Notes: generated by a model not told the origin, from the letters alone. A stretch of DNA of 64,000 bases from an uncultured Actinomycetota bacterium (GCA_963697675.1 CAVOOW010000006.1:1203518-1267517); one strand, 5' to 3'; shown: positions 32,498-44,357, numbered from the stretch's first letter. Translations and numbers: made by a program.

Positions 32498-34009
32498 CTG
32501 GGACTTGATGCGGTTGGTGAGCTCGGTGACCTGGTTGTAGACGCTGCGGCGCTCGGCCATCAGCTGGCGGATCTTCTTGTCGGCGTGCATGACCGTCGTG
32601 TGGTCGCGACCGCCGAACTGCTGTCCGATCTTGGGCAGCGACAGGTCGGTGAGCTCACGGCAGAGGTACATCGCGATCTGCCGGGCATTGACGAGTACGC
32701 GCGAGCGCGACGTGCCGCAGAGCTCCTCCATGGACTGGCCGAAGTAGGCCGAGGTCTGCGCCATGATCGTCGCCGAGGTGATCTCGGGCTGGCTGCTGTC
32801 CGGGATGAGGTCCTTCAGGACGATTTCAGCCAGCGCCAGGTCGACGCCCTGGCGGTTGAGGCTGGCGAAGGCGGTGACCCGGATGAGGGCGCCCTCGAGC
32901 TCACGGATGTTCGTCGAGATCTTGCTCGCGATGAACTCGAGCACCTCGGGGGGTGCGGCCAGCCGCTCCTGCGCGGCCTTCTTGCGCAGGATGGCGATGC
33001 GCGTCTCGAGCTCCGGCGGCTGAACGTCGGTGATCAGACCCCAGTGGAACCGGTTGCGCAGCCGGTCTTCCAGGGTGACCAACTGCTGGGGAGGTCGGTC
33101 ACTGGAGATCACGATCTGCTTGTTGGCGTTGTGCAGCGTGTTGAACGTGTGGAAGAACTCCTCCTGGGTCTGTTCCTTGTTCTCCAGGAACTGGATGTCG
33201 TCGACGAGCAGGATGTCGACGTCGCGGTAACGCCGGCGGAAGCCTTCGGCGCGGCCGTCGCGGATGGAGTTGATGAAGTCGTTGGTGAACTCCTCGGAGC
33301 TCACATAGCGCACCCGGACCCCGGCATAGAGACTCATGCCGTAGTGCCCGATCGCGTGCAGCAGGTGGGTCTTGCCCAACCCGGAGTCGCCATAGATGAA
33401 CAGCGGGTTGTAGGCCTTGGCCGGCGCTTCGGCGACCGCGACGGCGGCGGCGTGGGCGAACCGGTTGCTGGACCCGATGACGAACGTCTCGAACAGATAG
33501 CGCGGGTTGAGCCGGGTGGGCTCGCTCTCCCGCCGAGATCCGGGCTCGCGGCCGGTGCCGGCCACCACGGTCTCCTCGTGGCGGTCGTCGCCGCGGCGGA
33601 TGTCCTCGAGTCGTCCCTGGTCTGGCCCGCCGTCGTCGGGTTGGGCGCGTGCCGTGCTCGGCTGCCGGCCATGGTCGGCTCCGTCGCCGAGCGCGCGGCT
33701 GCTCTCGTTGTCGGCATCGGTGCTGGTGTCCAGGCTGGGATCGACCACGACCGCCAGCCGGATGTCCTGGCTGAGCTGCTCGGCGAGCACGGCGGTGATC
33801 ACCCCGCGCAGCCGTGACTCGATGATGTCCTTGGCGAACTCGTTGGGCACCGCGAGCAGGGCGGTGTCGTTGACGACCGCATCGAGTCGGCTGAGCCGGA
33901 TGAAGGCCAGGTTCTGGCTGGGCAGCGATCCGCCGAGCGATTCGAGGCAGCGCGTCCACACCTCCCGCAGCTCGTCTCCGGTGGGGGCGCCACCATCCGC
34001 GATCGTCAT
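32483..34009 (-). CDS. dnaA: chromosomal replication initiator DnaA
   Basis: Walker [17 protein letters not shown]-terminal HTH. The ATG at 34009 gives 508 aa; the 678-aa ORF extension was rejected. Confidence 0.9.
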   Translation of the reverse strand: MTIADGGAPTGDELREVWTRCLESLGGSLPSQNLAFIRLSRLDAVVNDTALLAVPNEFAKDIIESRLRGVITAVLAEQLSQDIRLAVVVDPSLDTSTDADNESSRALGDGADHGRQPSTARAQPDDGGPDQGRLEDIRRGDDRHEETVVAGTGREPGSRRESEPTRLNPRYLFETFVIGSSNRFAHAAAVAVAEAPAKAYNPLFIYGDSGLGKTHLLHAIGHYGMSLYAGVRVRYVSSEEFTNDFINSIRDGRAEGFRRRYRDVDILLVDDIQFLENKEQTQEEFFHTFNTLHNANKQIVISSDRPPQQLVTLEDRLRNRFHWGLITDVQPPELETRIAILRKKAAQERLAAPPEVLEFIASKISTNIRELEGALIRVTAFASLNRQGVDLALAEIVLKDLIPDSSQPEITSATIMAQTSAYFGQSMEELCGTSRSRVLVNARQIAMYLCRELTDLSLPKIGQQFGGRDHTTVMHADKKIRQLMAERRSVYNQVTELTNRIKSQARAG

Positions 34010-34344
34010 GGGGGCGATTTCCTCCAATTCCGTGACACCGTTGTTTGTCACGGTTTCCACCCTCTCGTGCGTTCTGGCCGTGTCGGCCGTCTGATCGAGC
34101 GGGTCCGGATCACCGTCGGTGACAGCCAAATCGCCCCTGGGTAACGCTCCAATTTGTCCGCGATGTCCCACTCCGACCTTCCCCGTCCACATGGTCATCC
34201 ACAGCCTGTGTACACAGGTGCCCTGAGGCCGGTCACGAGTCAACGCGGCGCTGCCCGGAGGGCAGCGGATCGTGCACGGCTCGGGTAGGGAAGTCGCCCG
34301 ACGACGGGCGACGCTAACAACCCGGTGGGCCGGGCAGCAAGCGG

Positions 34345-34353
34345 TTGTCCACA
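34345..34353 (+). promoter_or_regulatory. perfect DnaA box TTGTCCACA upstream of dnaA
   Basis: Exact Streptomyces-type consensus. A second box TTGTCCACT is at 34615-34623. Confidence 0.5.
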
Positions 34354-34843
34354 ACGCGCAGGACATTTTTTGTCGGGTCGGGCGTGTCGCGTCACGGCAT
34401 CGCCGGCGGCCCGGCAAACTGAACGGTTGACCCATCGGTGATTCCCGGGCCGTGCGGGCCCTGGGGACACCTGGGCGGGTGTGATCGCGTTTCCGGGCAC
34501 CGGGCGACCCGGCTCGCATCGCGCTGCCCTGCCGGTTTGACCGCTCCTACCGCCGCCCCGTACCGTGGCTCGGTCGAGTCGCCGACGGCTCGATGCTGCG
34601 TGCCTGCATCCAGGTTGTCCACTGTGCGCGAGACAGTGAACGGTTTCGCACGGGTGCGGGGAAAGTTGTGGCTTCCAAGGCTCGGATCGCCCGCGGCCGC
34701 TGATGTTCGCCGAGCAGCCGTTAACCAGTTCGTCGCCAGGCGCGGCACAATGTCTGAGCATCGAGTTTCTGACGGCAACTGCCGGAAGCACGCAACGCCC
34801 GAACGACCGTAAGCCCGTAGTACCCAATGCCAGGAGCCTCCGA

Positions 34844-34981
34844 GTGAGCAAGCGCACTTTCCAACCGAACAACCGTCGCCGGGCTAAAACCCACGGCTTT
34901 CGCCTGCGCATGCGCACGCGCGCTGGACGCTCGATCCTCGGCGCTCGCCGCACCAAGGGCCGCACCCGGCTCTCGGCCTGA
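34844..34981 (+). CDS. rpmH: 50S ribosomal protein L34
   Basis: [29 protein letters not shown]...; GTG start with AGGAG SD. Confidence 0.95.
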   Translation: MSKRTFQPNNRRRAKTHGFRLRMRTRAGRSILGARRTKGRTRLSA

Positions 34982-34986
34982 GCGAC

Positions 34987-35394
34987 GTGCTGCCGGCAAC
35001 GGCCCGGCTTCGTCAGCGCGCCGAGTTCACTGCGACCGTCCGGCGCGGCCGCCGCGGCCGGTCCGGGTTGCTTGCTGTGCACGTTGATCGCTCCCCGGAG
35101 CGCGGGCAGCCGGAAGGCTTGGCCCGTGTCGGTTTTGTCGTGTCCCGGGCCGTGGGTCCCGCCGTGGTCCGAAATCGGGTTCTGCGCCGGCTACGCCACC
35201 TGATGGCGGCCCGGCTCGACCAGCTTCCGGTCGGCAGCTGCGTCGTCGTGCGTGCCTTCCCGTCCTCGAGCCTTGCCAGCTCGGCTGCTCTTGGTGCGGC
35301 GCTGGACCGGGCGCTCGGCCAGGCCCTGAGCGCGTCCGACAACCGACCACACACCAACAGCTCGGTGAAGGAGGGCCAGGTGGCCGGCCGGTGA
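34987..35394 (+). CDS. rnpA: ribonuclease P protein component
   Basis: Basic 135-aa protein immediately after rpmH ([13 protein letters not shown]...). Confidence 0.85.
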   Translation: MLPATARLRQRAEFTATVRRGRRGRSGLLAVHVDRSPERGQPEGLARVGFVVSRAVGPAVVRNRVLRRLRHLMAARLDQLPVGSCVVVRAFPSSSLASSAALGAALDRALGQALSASDNRPHTNSSVKEGQVAGR

Positions 35395-35657
35395 TAGCCC
35401 GCGTGCTCGTGCTGCCGATCCGGCTCTACCAGCTGCTGATCTCACCGATGCTGGGGCCGCGCTGCCGGTTCTACCCGTCGTGCTCCGCGTACGCCGTTGA
35501 AGCACTGCAGCGCCACGGCGCGCTGCGCGGCAGCTGGCTTGCCGTGCGCCGGCTCGGCCGTTGTCACCCGTGGAACCCCGGGGGTCCCGACCCCGTTCCC
35601 CCAGCGCGTCCGGACACCGCCCGGACACCGCATCCTCCGCATGGAGTCCGTTCGTGA
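35391..35657 (+). CDS. yidD: membrane protein insertion efficiency factor YidD
   Basis: [14 protein letters not shown]...[20 protein letters not shown] motif. Confidence 0.85.
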   Translation: MIARVLVLPIRLYQLLISPMLGPRCRFYPSCSAYAVEALQRHGALRGSWLAVRRLGRCHPWNPGGPDPVPPARPDTARTPHPPHGVRS

Positions 35658-36637
35658 AGATTCTCGAACCGCTGTATGACGCCGTCACCTTCATCATGTT
35701 GGCGTTTCATTCCTTGTTCAAGTCGATGGGCGTTGACCCGTCCAGCGGCCTGGCCTGGGGTGGCGCGATCGTGGGCCTGGTCGTCGTCATCCGCATCCTG
35801 CTGATCCCGTTGTTCGTGAAGCAGATCAACGCGCAGCGTGGGCTGCAGATGCTGCAGCCGGAGATGAAGAAGCTGCAGGCGAAGTACAAGGGGAAGAGCG
35901 ACCCCGAGAGCAAGAAGAAGCAGCAAGAAGAAATGATGAAGCTCTACAAGGACAACGGGACCAACCCCCTTGCGAGCTGCCTCCCGATCCTGCTTCAGGC
36001 GCCGATCTTCTTCGCTCTGTTCCGGGTCCTGAACGGCATCGGACACCAGCCCGAACCCATCCCGCGTGGCCTGCTCAGCATGCAGGAGGCGGAACAGGCA
36101 GCAGCTGCGCAGATCTTCGGGGCTCACCTGTCCGACAAGTTCATCGGCGCCGACAGCCTCAACGTGCAGATCGTCTGTGCCGTGATGATCGTGGCGATGT
36201 CTGCGTCGACGTTCCTGACGCAGAAGCAGCTGATGAGCAAGAACATGCCTGCCTCGGCGATGGACAACCCGTTCGCCCAGCAGCAGAAGATCCTGCTCTA
36301 TGTCTTCCCGTTGATCTTCGCGGTCAGCGGGGTCAACTTCCCCGTCGGTGTCCTGCTCTACTGGCTGACCACCAACCTGTGGACGATGGGTCAGCAGTTC
36401 TACGTCATCCGCCGGAACCCGGCCCCTGGATCGCCGGCGTTTGACGCCCTGGAGAAACGCAAAGCCGAGAAGGCCGCCCGCGCGAAGCACGAGGCCGTCG
36501 CTGCCGAGGCAGTCGGCACCACCACCGCCGTTGACGAAGCGGGCGAGCAAGGTGCCGAGGCCACCGGCACCGATGGCCCGACACGAACGCCTCGCCAGCG
36601 GCAACAGCCTCGTCGGCAGCCGAAGCGCAAACGCTAG
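35654..36637 (+). CDS. yidC: membrane protein insertase YidC
   Basis: GTG start overlaps the yidD stop (GTGA). Contains the conserved YidC/Oxa1 membrane core; lysine-rich C-terminus. Confidence 0.85.
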   Translation: MKILEPLYDAVTFIMLAFHSLFKSMGVDPSSGLAWGGAIVGLVVVIRILLIPLFVKQINAQRGLQMLQPEMKKLQAKYKGKSDPESKKKQQEEMMKLYKDNGTNPLASCLPILLQAPIFFALFRVLNGIGHQPEPIPRGLLSMQEAEQAAAAQIFGAHLSDKFIGADSLNVQIVCAVMIVAMSASTFLTQKQLMSKNMPASAMDNPFAQQQKILLYVFPLIFAVSGVNFPVGVLLYWLTTNLWTMGQQFYVIRRNPAPGSPAFDALEKRKAEKAARAKHEAVAAEAVGTTTAVDEAGEQGAEATGTDGPTRTPRQRQQPRRQPKRKR

Positions 36638-36697
36638 CCGCGCGACCCCGCACCTTTTCGACCGCAGCACAGTCAACCTCGAAGGACGACATCACCG

Positions 36698-37342
36698 ATG
36701 ACCGAGCCGACCGGCGACGCACCCGACACCGCTGATCACGACAACGGCGTCACCGACAGCAGTGCCCCCGAAACCGATGCGACGAGCAGTTCCGTTTCCG
36801 AGGACGACAGCGGCGCCGGCGATTCGGGCACCCCTCCGGTCGAGGGTGGGACCGCGCCCAGCCGTGCGCGCCGGGGCGAGCCTGACCTCGCGGTGTTGGA
36901 ACGAGAGGGCGAGATCGCGGCCGACTACCTCGAGGAGCTGCTGGACATCGCCGACCTCGATGGCGACATCGACATGGATGTCGAGCGAGACCGCGCTTCC
37001 GTTTCTGTGGTCGGTGGAGACCTCGACCACCTGGTCGGCGACGAGGGCGTGGTGCTGGAGGCGCTTCAGGAGCTGACTCGGCTCGCCGTGCTGACCGAGA
37101 CGGGCGAACGTTCGCGCCTGATGCTTGATGTCGCGGGCTACCGCGCCGGCCGGCGGGCCGTTCTCAGTGAACTCGGTCGCGCGACGGCTGAGCAGGTCAA
37201 GAGCTCCGGGGAGCCGGCCCGCCTCGACCCGATGACACCGTTCGAGCGAAAGATCGTTCATGACGCCGTCGCCGCCGCCGGGCTGCGCAGCGAGTCCGAA
37301 GGTGAGGAACCGCAACGACGCGTCGTCGTCCTGCCGGCATGA
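36698..37342 (+). CDS. jag: Jag/KhpB-like R3H-domain RNA-binding protein
   Basis: Conserved position after yidC; C-terminal R3H-like region. Confidence 0.75.
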   Translation: MTEPTGDAPDTADHDNGVTDSSAPETDATSSSVSEDDSGAGDSGTPPVEGGTAPSRARRGEPDLAVLEREGEIAADYLEELLDIADLDGDIDMDVERDRASVSVVGGDLDHLVGDEGVVLEALQELTRLAVLTETGERSRLMLDVAGYRAGRRAVLSELGRATAEQVKSSGEPARLDPMTPFERKIVHDAVAAAGLRSESEGEEPQRRVVVLPA

Positions 37343-37361
37343 ACACCCTCGGGGACGCCGT

Positions 37362-38132
37362 ATGAGCGATGTTTCACGTGAAACATCGGCGCCGGACCTA
37401 GGTCAGACACGCGGCGCCGAGCCGGTCCTTCATGGGGTCGCCTCCGACTACGGGGACCTGCCCGAGGCCCCCCCGGCGGCCGCAGGAGTGTTCGGCAGCC
37501 GACTCGAGGCCGCCACCACATATGCACGGATGTTGGCCGGCGAAGGACTCACGCGAGGACTTCTAGGGCCGCGCGAGGTCCCCCGACTCTGGGATCGCCA
37601 CCTGCTCAACTGCGCCGTGATCTCCGAGCTCGTGGCTCCTGCAGCGACCGTCACCGACGTAGGCTCGGGGGCCGGTCTCCCCGGCATCCCGCTGGCCTTG
37701 GCCCGGCCCGACCTGCACATCGAACTGCTGGAACCGTTGCAACGTCGGGTGGTCTTCCTGCAGGAGACCGTGACCGCCCTCGGGCTCGATCGCGTCCAGG
37801 TGGTGCGGGGTCGCGCAGAAGACGCGGTCCGCCCCGGCGGCGTTGACGTCGTGACGGCACGTGCGGTCGCGCCGCTGTCTCGGCTGGCGGCGTGGTGTCT
37901 ACCGCTGCTTCGGCCAGGCGGTAGTCTCATCGCGCTCAAGGGCAGCCAGGCATATGCGGAGTTGGCTGCCTGCGCGGACGACCTGCGTCGGCTGGGCGCC
38001 GTCGACTCGGAGGTCGTGACCTGTGGTGTCGGCCTGCTGGATGCGCCGACGACCGTGGTGCGCGTGGTCCTGGGAGATGCCGGTGTGCCCCGAGTCGGGC
38101 GCCCTGGACGAGGAGGAAAGAGGCGCCCGTGA
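37362..38132 (+). CDS. rsmG: 16S rRNA (guanine527-N7)-methyltransferase
   Basis: MSDVSRETS...LLNCAVISELVAP...DVGSGAGLPGIPLA SAM-binding motif. Confidence 0.85.
   Translation: MSDVSRETSAPDLGQTRGAEPVLHGVASDYGDLPEAPPAAAGVFGSRLEAATTYARMLAGEGLTRGLLGPREVPRLWDRHLLNCAVISELVAPAATVTDVGSGAGLPGIPLALARPDLHIELLEPLQRRVVFLQETVTALGLDRVQVVRGRAEDAVRPGGVDVVTARAVAPLSRLAAWCLPLLRPGGSLIALKGSQAYAELAACADDLRRLGAVDSEVVTCGVGLLDAPTTVVRVVLGDAGVPRVGRPGRGGKRRP
37370..37385. promoter_or_regulatory. parS: parS site 1 (TGTTTCACGTGAAACA, perfect 16-bp palindrome) inside the rsmG 5' end
   Basis: Exact match to the actinobacterial/Bacillus parS consensus; encodes the VSRET peptide. Confidence 0.85.
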
Positions 38133-39445
38133 TCGAGACGTTGCGTGACGGCACCGGGCGCCCCACCGGCCTGGGCTGGCCCGAGCCGCCTGCCGCGAAC
38201 CACGGCGACGGTGCTCCCAACCGCCCCTCCGGTGGCGGATGGCCCGATCAGTCGGCCGGGCCGCCGGTGGTTGTTTCACGTGAAACATCGACGGCAGGCG
38301 ACAGCGACACCGATGCGGCGGTCGTGGGTGAGACCGGCGTCGCGACGGCAGTCGAGGTCGCTCCGACCGGCCGCAACGGCCCTCCTGCCGATCACCTGAG
38401 CGTCGGGGCAGAACAGGTCGAAACGGAGCCGGTCGACCTGACCCCGCAGCACGCACCGTTGGCTCTTGGAGCCGAGGTACCCATCGCCGAGGAGTTCTCC
38501 GTCATGGACGACGTTTCACGTGAAACGGAGGACACGCCGATCGCTCAGGCGGCCGAAACTGCCGTACAAGTGCTCTCCGGCCGGGTGGGCGAGCCGCTGC
38601 CACGGCCCGCCAGGACCCGCGTGCTGACGGTGGCCAACCAGAAGGGTGGCGTCGGGAAGACGACCACCACGGTCAACATCGCCGCGGCCCTCGCCCTGCA
38701 GGGGTTGAACGTCCTGGTCGTCGACCTCGACCCGCAGGGCAACGCCTCGACGGCCCTCGGCGTCGACCACCACGCCGAGGTCCCGTCGGTCTACGACGTG
38801 CTGATCGACGGCCGTGCCATGCACGAGGTCGTCGCCCCGGTCGAGGGGATCCCCGGACTGTGGTGCGCGCCGGCCACGATCGATCTCGCCGGTGCCGAGA
38901 TCGAGCTGGTTTCGTTGGTGGCGCGAGAGTCCCGGCTGGCGAAAGCCATCGAGGGCTACGCCGCGTGGTGCAGCGAGCAGGAGGTGACCGGGCTACCCCG
39001 CCTGGACTATGTGCTGATCGACTGCCCGCCGAGCCTCGGCCTGCTCACCGTCAACGCGCTCGTCGCGGCACCGGAGGTCCTTGTCCCGATCCAGTGCGAG
39101 TACTACGCCCTGGAAGGCGTCGGCCAGCTGGTGAAGAACATCGAGATGATCAAGGCACATCTCAACCCGGGGCTCCACGTCTCGACCGTGTTGCTGACGA
39201 TGTACGACGCCCGCACCCGGCTCGCGGCGCAGGTGGCCCAGGAGGTGCGCACGCATTTCGCGACAACGGTGCTGCGCACGACGATCCCTCGCTCCGTGCG
39301 GATCTCCGAAGCGCCGAGCTATGGGCAGACGGTGATGACCTACGATCCCGGGTCAACGGGCGCCTTGTCCTACCTGGAAGCCGCGCGGGAGATGGCCGTC
39401 CGGGGCGCCGAGGACCGCGCAGCGACGAGCGAGGAGACGCCATGA
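38129..39445 (+). CDS. parA: chromosome partitioning ATPase ParA (long N-terminal extension; real start may be further in)
   Basis: Deviant Walker [21 protein letters not shown]. Confidence 0.85.
   Translation: MIETLRDGTGRPTGLGWPEPPAANHGDGAPNRPSGGGWPDQSAGPPVVVSRETSTAGDSDTDAAVVGETGVATAVEVAPTGRNGPPADHLSVGAEQVETEPVDLTPQHAPLALGAEVPIAEEFSVMDDVSRETEDTPIAQAAETAVQVLSGRVGEPLPRPARTRVLTVANQKGGVGKTTTTVNIAAALALQGLNVLVVDLDPQGNASTALGVDHHAEVPSVYDVLIDGRAMHEVVAPVEGIPGLWCAPATIDLAGAEIELVSLVARESRLAKAIEGYAAWCSEQEVTGLPRLDYVLIDCPPSLGLLTVNALVAAPEVLVPIQCEYYALEGVGQLVKNIEMIKAHLNPGLHVSTVLLTMYDARTRLAAQVAQEVRTHFATTVLRTTIPRSVRISEAPSYGQTVMTYDPGSTGALSYLEAAREMAVRGAEDRAATSEETP
38272..38287. promoter_or_regulatory. parS: parS site 2 (TGTTTCACGTGAAACA)
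   Basis: Perfect palindrome inside the parA N-terminal extension. Confidence 0.85.
38513..38526. promoter_or_regulatory. parS: parS site 3 (GTTTCACGTGAAAC)
   Basis: Perfect 14-bp core inside parA. Confidence 0.8.
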
Positions 39446-39518
39446 GCGAGCCTGCGAGCTCATCGTCGGCACAGCGTGTTCTGCGAGCGCGGCTGACGAG
39501 CGTCAGCGAGGAGGGCGC

Positions 39519-40607
39519 ATGAGTGAGAAGAAGCGTGGACTGGGCCGCGGCCTCGGGGCACTGATCCCGACGGCACCGAGCAAGGACGACGTGCGTCCGG
39601 CGCCCTCGCCGGTCGACGTGCTGATTCCTGACCGCAACGCCGCGGAGCGGGATGCGGCCGATCGCGACGGCGGTGGGTTGTCCGCGGGCACGGCGCCGGA
39701 CCAGGAGCCCGCCCCCGTCGCAGGCGCGCATTTCGCCGAGCTGCCGTTGTCCTCGATAAGTCCGAACCCCCGTCAGCCCCGGGAGGTCTTTGACGAGGAC
39801 GCGATGGCCGAGCTGGTGGCCTCGGTGCGCGAGGTCGGCCTGCTTCAGCCGATCGTCGTGCGACCGGCCGGCCCGGATCACTATGAGCTGATCATGGGGG
39901 AGCGGCGCTGGCGCGCGGCGGGAGCCGCCGGCCTGTCGAGCATCCCGGCCATCGTGCGGGCCACCGATGATGACGTGATGCTGCGCGACGCGCTGCTGGA
40001 GAACCTGCACCGCGCCCAGCTCAACCCGCTCGAGGAGGCTGCTGCCTACGACCAGCTGCTGACCGACTTCGGCTGCACGCACGACGAGCTCGCCGGTCGC
40101 ATCGGTCGCTCCCGGCCACAGATCTCGAACACCTTGCGCCTGCTGAGGCTGCCGCCCTCGGTGCAGCGGCGGATCGCGGCGGGCGTGCTCTCGGCCGGCC
40201 ACGCACGCGCGGTGCTGGGGCTCGACGACCCTGCGGCCCAGGAGCGGCTGGCCCAACGGATCGTGGCCGAAGGGCTCTCGGTGCGCAGCGTCGAGGAGAT
40301 CGTCGCCGTCGGTGGAGAGGCCGCCCGCGACCGTCCGCGGCGCCCGAAGAAGCCGGTGGCTCCGAAGCTCGAGATCCTGGCGACCCGGCTGTCCGAGCGC
40401 TTCGAGACTCGGGTGAAGGTCGATCTGGGCCGGTCGAAGGGTCGCATCGTCGTGGAGTTCGGGTCCATCGACGACCTGGAGCGCATCGTGGCGCTGATGT
40501 CGCCCAGCGATGAGTCCGGGGATGCGCCCGATGATGCGCCCGATGGTGCGCCCGGTGATCCGTCCGGCGACGCCCCCGGCGCCGAGCACCTGGGCTCACC
40601 GACCTAG
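39519..40607 (+). CDS. parB: chromosome partitioning protein ParB
   Basis: ParB-box [11 protein letters not shown], and an acidic C-terminus. Confidence 0.9.
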   Translation: MSEKKRGLGRGLGALIPTAPSKDDVRPAPSPVDVLIPDRNAAERDAADRDGGGLSAGTAPDQEPAPVAGAHFAELPLSSISPNPRQPREVFDEDAMAELVASVREVGLLQPIVVRPAGPDHYELIMGERRWRAAGAAGLSSIPAIVRATDDDVMLRDALLENLHRAQLNPLEEAAAYDQLLTDFGCTHDELAGRIGRSRPQISNTLRLLRLPPSVQRRIAAGVLSAGHARAVLGLDDPAAQERLAQRIVAEGLSVRSVEEIVAVGGEAARDRPRRPKKPVAPKLEILATRLSERFETRVKVDLGRSKGRIVVEFGSIDDLERIVALMSPSDESGDAPDDAPDGAPGDPSGDAPGAEHLGSPT

Positions 40608-40769
40608 ACGCGACCCGGTCGACATGGCGGTTTGTCGACAAAGCGCCTCGGCCGATCACCGAGCCGGTGCGACCATGGTTGCGTACGCCTTCGCCTGCTC
40701 TGGTCTGGTGCCTTGCGGCTTACTAGGATGCCCTCGGGCGTCTGACCCTGATTCGGGGCGGGAGCGGGG

Positions 40770-41483
40770 TTGTCCCCGGATCCGCTGGTCAATTCCGGGT
40801 CGGCGCCACCTTTGGAGGAATGGGTGTCGCGACGACTGGCGAGCCTCACGCTCGACAACCTCGACGATCTGCCCCGCCGCTGCCGGCGTTGCGTGTTCTG
40901 GGAGCTGGACCCGCTGGCCCGAGAGGTGGCTGAGGAAGCCGGGGACGTCGCCCTGGAGAAGGAGGCCTGGGTTTCGGCCACCCTGCTCGAGTGGGGCTCG
41001 TGCGGGAAGCTGCTCTACGTCGATTCGACACCGGCCGGATACCTGCTCTACGCGCCGCCCGTCTACGTGCCGCGCAGCGTCGCCTTCCCGACCTCACCGG
41101 TCTCCGGTGATGCCGTCCTGCTGATGACCGGCCGGGTCGTGACGGAGTTTCAGGGCGGCGGTCTCGGCCGGATGCTGCTCCAGGCGGCCGCCAAGGATCT
41201 GACCCGCCGCGGCGTGCGTGCCATCGAGGCGTTCGGCTCCCTCGTGCCTCAGGCCGATGCCGAGGAGGAGCCGGATGCGCAACGCAAGCCACCGCATGGA
41301 TCGTGTGTCGTGCCGGCCGATTTCCTGCTCGCGGTGGGCTTCAAGACGGTCCGGCCGCACTACCGCTATCCGAGGTTGCGACTCGACCTCAAGAACGCGC
41401 TGTCCTGGCGCGAGGACGTCGAGGTCGCGCTGGAGCGCCTGTTGGGGTCGATGAACCCGGAGCCGGTGTTCCGCCCGGTGTGA
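40770..41483 (+). CDS. GNAT-like acetyltransferase-fold protein (Rv3916c-like)
   Basis: Conserved neighbour of parB/cwlM; EFQGGGLGRMLL acetyl-CoA-binding-like motif. Confidence 0.5.
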   Translation: MSPDPLVNSGSAPPLEEWVSRRLASLTLDNLDDLPRRCRRCVFWELDPLAREVAEEAGDVALEKEAWVSATLLEWGSCGKLLYVDSTPAGYLLYAPPVYVPRSVAFPTSPVSGDAVLLMTGRVVTEFQGGGLGRMLLQAAAKDLTRRGVRAIEAFGSLVPQADAEEEPDAQRKPPHGSCVVPADFLLAVGFKTVRPHYRYPRLRLDLKNALSWREDVEVALERLLGSMNPEPVFRPV

Positions 41484-41531
41484 GCTGCCATCGCGACGCG
41501 CGGCGCGCGACGCGCGGCGCCGGAGCAGGGG

Positions 41532-42761
41532 TCAGCGGGTGGCCGGGGAGCGAAGCCCGGGGATGCGCAGGATGCCGGTGTCCGCATCTTCGTCGGGAGG
41601 CAGGTAGAGCCGCTGCACCGCTGCGACGATCGCCTCGGCGAGCACGTCACGGAAGGCGGGGTCGGACAGGCGGGCCGCGTCCGAGGGGTTGGTGAGGTAG
41701 CCCAGCTCGATGCGCACCGCCGGCATCCGGGTGCGGCGAAGCAGGTCCCAGGTCTTGGGGTGCGTACGCAGGTCAACGAGGTCCGTACGCGCGCAGACCT
41801 CTCGTTGCACGAGATCAGCGAAACGCTCGCCGACGACCGAGTGGTGGCCGATGCGGTCGTTGCCGAAGTAGTAGGTCGAGCAGCCCGCGGCCATCCGACT
41901 GCTGTGGGCGTCGACGTGCAGCGAGATGACCAGGTCCGCCCCGGCAGCATTGGCGAAGCTGGCTCGGTCCACCTCGTCGAGATCACCGTCGGGGCCGCGG
42001 GTCAGGAACGCCGAGCTGCCGGTCGCGGTGAGCCGGCCCTCCACGCGGGAAGCCAGGTCGTAGACCAACACGGCCTCGCCCAGCTGGTGCCCGCCCACGC
42101 CGCTGTCCTGCCCACCATGGCCCGGGTCGATGATCACCAGCTTGCCGGACAGCGTCGGACCGGCCCGGGTGATCGCTTCGGTCTCGCGCATGGCCTGCGG
42201 CTGGCCGCCCACCACCGTCCGCGCCAGCTGGAGGAGGGCCTTGAGCGTCGTCGGACCGCAGGTGCCGTCGGCGGGGATGCCGATGTTGCGCTGGAACTCC
42301 CGCAGCGCCTGCTCGGTCTCCACGCCGAACAGACCGTCGACCCGTCCGCAGTCGAAGCCCATGTCGAGCAGCCGCTGCTGCAATGCACTGACGTCGTCGC
42401 CGGCCAGCAGCCGGGCGGGGATGTAGGAGAGGATCCGATCGCCCAGCCGCCAGCGCGCTTCGTCGAGGGCCTGGTAGGTCGTCCCGCCGACAACGCCGTC
42501 CACGGTGAGACCGCGCTGCTGCTGGAACGTTCGTACGGCGCGGTCGGTGTCCTCGTCGAAGGACGCTGTTCCAGTGCCCGCCAGGGGGCCGAGCGGATCC
42601 GGCCGCAGCTGCAGCAGCTCCAGGCGTGCCAGCTTTGCCCGGATCTCTGCCACGGCGGGCCCGGTGTCGCCGCGTCGGTAGGCACGCTCGAGGGACAACG
42701 AGTCGATGCTCCTGATTCGGTTCGGAGAGGATCCGGTCTCGGCGGTTGCCAAACGCATCAC
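41532..42761 (-). CDS. cwlM: N-acetylmuramoyl-L-alanine amidase with two peptidoglycan-binding domains (CwlM-like)
   Basis: Two PGRP-binding repeats followed by amidase_3 (LVIIDPGHGGQDSG). Confidence 0.8.
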   Translation of the reverse strand: MMRLATAETGSSPNRIRSIDSLSLERAYRRGDTGPAVAEIRAKLARLELLQLRPDPLGPLAGTGTASFDEDTDRAVRTFQQQRGLTVDGVVGGTTYQALDEARWRLGDRILSYIPARLLAGDDVSALQQRLLDMGFDCGRVDGLFGVETEQALREFQRNIGIPADGTCGPTTLKALLQLARTVVGGQPQAMRETEAITRAGPTLSGKLVIIDPGHGGQDSGVGGHQLGEAVLVYDLASRVEGRLTATGSSAFLTRGPDGDLDEVDRASFANAAGADLVISLHVDAHSSRMAAGCSTYYFGNDRIGHHSVVGERFADLVQREVCARTDLVDLRTHPKTWDLLRRTRMPAVRIELGYLTNPSDAARLSDPAFRDVLAEAIVAAVQRLYLPPDEDADTGILRIPGLRSPATR

Positions 42762-42925
42762 CGGGCGCGCCGATGCTACCGCGCGGATCTACCCCGCTCG
42801 ACCACGGTCAATGCCTTGTTGACGGTGCCGAATTCTCCGCTTCTCAGCGGAAATGATCGCGAACCTCGGGCGATTGTCCGCTTCGGTCGGAGCGGACGGC
42901 TCCTGGGTGGGGCGGCGGCTGACGA

Positions 42926-43252
42926 CTAGATGAAGGCTTCGAGGTCCTTGAGCAGCAACGCCTTGGGCTTGGCGCCGACGATCGTCTTCACGACCTGGCC
43001 GCCCTGGTAGACGTTGAGCGTCGGGATCGAGACGACGCCATACTCCGCGGCGGTTGCCGGGTTCTCGTCCACGTTCAGCTTCACGATGGTGATCTTGTCG
43101 GCGTGCTCACCCGCGATCTCCTCGAGAATCGGGGACACCTGGCGGCACGGACCGCACCACTCTGCCCAGAAATCCACCAAGATCGGCTTGTCGTGCTGAA
43201 GCACGTCAGCGGTAAAGGTGGCGTCGGTGACCGACTTTGTGGTGTTGCCCAC
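42926..43252 (-). CDS. trxA: thioredoxin
   Basis: [10 protein letters not shown] active site; 108 aa. Confidence 0.95.
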   Translation of the reverse strand: MGNTTKSVTDATFTADVLQHDKPILVDFWAEWCGPCRQVSPILEEIAGEHADKITIVKLNVDENPATAAEYGVVSIPTLNVYQGGQVVKTIVGAKPKALLLKDLEAFI

Positions 43253-43328
43253 GGTGTTTCCCTTCAGGTGATGATCTGCCGGGCGGGTGTCTCCCGGCCG
43301 GTCCAGGTTGGGGTGTTTCGCGCCGGGA

Positions 43329-44357
43329 TCAGGCGTTCACGATGGCGGCTTGGACTGGGTCACCGGTGAGGACGGCGTCCTCCAGCGAGGTGAGATAGCG
43401 CTCGGCGTCGAGTGCGGCGGCACACCCGGTGCCGGCCGCGGTGATCGCCTGACGGTAGACGTGGTCCACGACGTCGCCGCACGCGAACACACCGGCGAGA
43501 TTCGTCCGGGTCGTCGGAGCGTCGACCAGGATGTAGCCCTCGTTGTCGACGCGGAGCTGACCCGCGAACAACTCGCTGCGCGGGTCGTGCCCGATGGCCA
43601 CGAACAGTCCCGTCGCATCGAGGGTCGACTCCTCGCCGGTGACGACGTTGCGGATCTTGACGCCGGAGACCTTCTTGTCACCGAGTACGTCGACGACCTC
43701 GCTGTCCCACACGAACCGGATCTTCTCGTGGGCGAAGGCGCGCTCCTGCATGATCTTGGAGGCACGCAGGCTGTCGCGGCGGTGCACGATCGTGACGGAC
43801 CGGGCGAAGCGGGTGAGGAACGTCGCTTCCTCCATAGCGGTGTCACCGCCCCCGACCACGACGATGTCCTGGTCGCGGAAGAAGAAGCCGTCGCAGGTCG
43901 CGCACCACGAGACACCGTGACCGGCAAGGACCTTCTCGTTGGGGACGCCCAGCTCTCGGTAGCCGGAACCGGTGGCCACGATCACGACGCGGGCCAGGTG
44001 TTGGGTTCCTGCGCCGTCGGTCACGACCTTGATCGGGCCGGTGAGGTCGACATCGGTGACGTCGTCAGCGACCAGCTCGGCCCCGAAACGCTCGGCCTGC
44101 TTGCGCAGGTGGTCCATGAGGTCGGGTCCCATGATGCCGTCCGGGAAGCCAGGGAAGTTCTCTACATCGGTGGTGTTCATCAGCGCGCCACCAGCTGTCA
44201 CCGAGCCCTCGAACACCAGCGGTGCCAGATTGGCACGCGCGGCGTAGATGGCCGCTGTATAACCAGCAGGGCCGGAGCCGATGATGATCACGTTGCGGGG
44301 GTCGCTCACGACGGTGTCAGAACCTCTCGGGAAGTCCGGATGGGACGCAGGAGTCAA
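43329..44357 (-). CDS. trxB: thioredoxin-disulfide reductase (real start probably the GTG near 44312)
   Basis: [19 protein letters not shown] motif, CATC redox centre and an NADPH-binding site. Confidence 0.9.
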   Translation of the reverse strand: MTPASHPDFPRGSDTVVSDPRNVIIIGSGPAGYTAAIYAARANLAPLVFEGSVTAGGALMNTTDVENFPGFPDGIMGPDLMDHLRKQAERFGAELVADDVTDVDLTGPIKVVTDGAGTQHLARVVIVATGSGYRELGVPNEKVLAGHGVSWCATCDGFFFRDQDIVVVGGGDTAMEEATFLTRFARSVTIVHRRDSLRASKIMQERAFAHEKIRFVWDSEVVDVLGDKKVSGVKIRNVVTGEESTLDATGLFVAIGHDPRSELFAGQLRVDNEGYILVDAPTTRTNLAGVFACGDVVDHVYRQAITAAGTGCAAALDAERYLTSLEDAVLTGDPVQAAIVNA

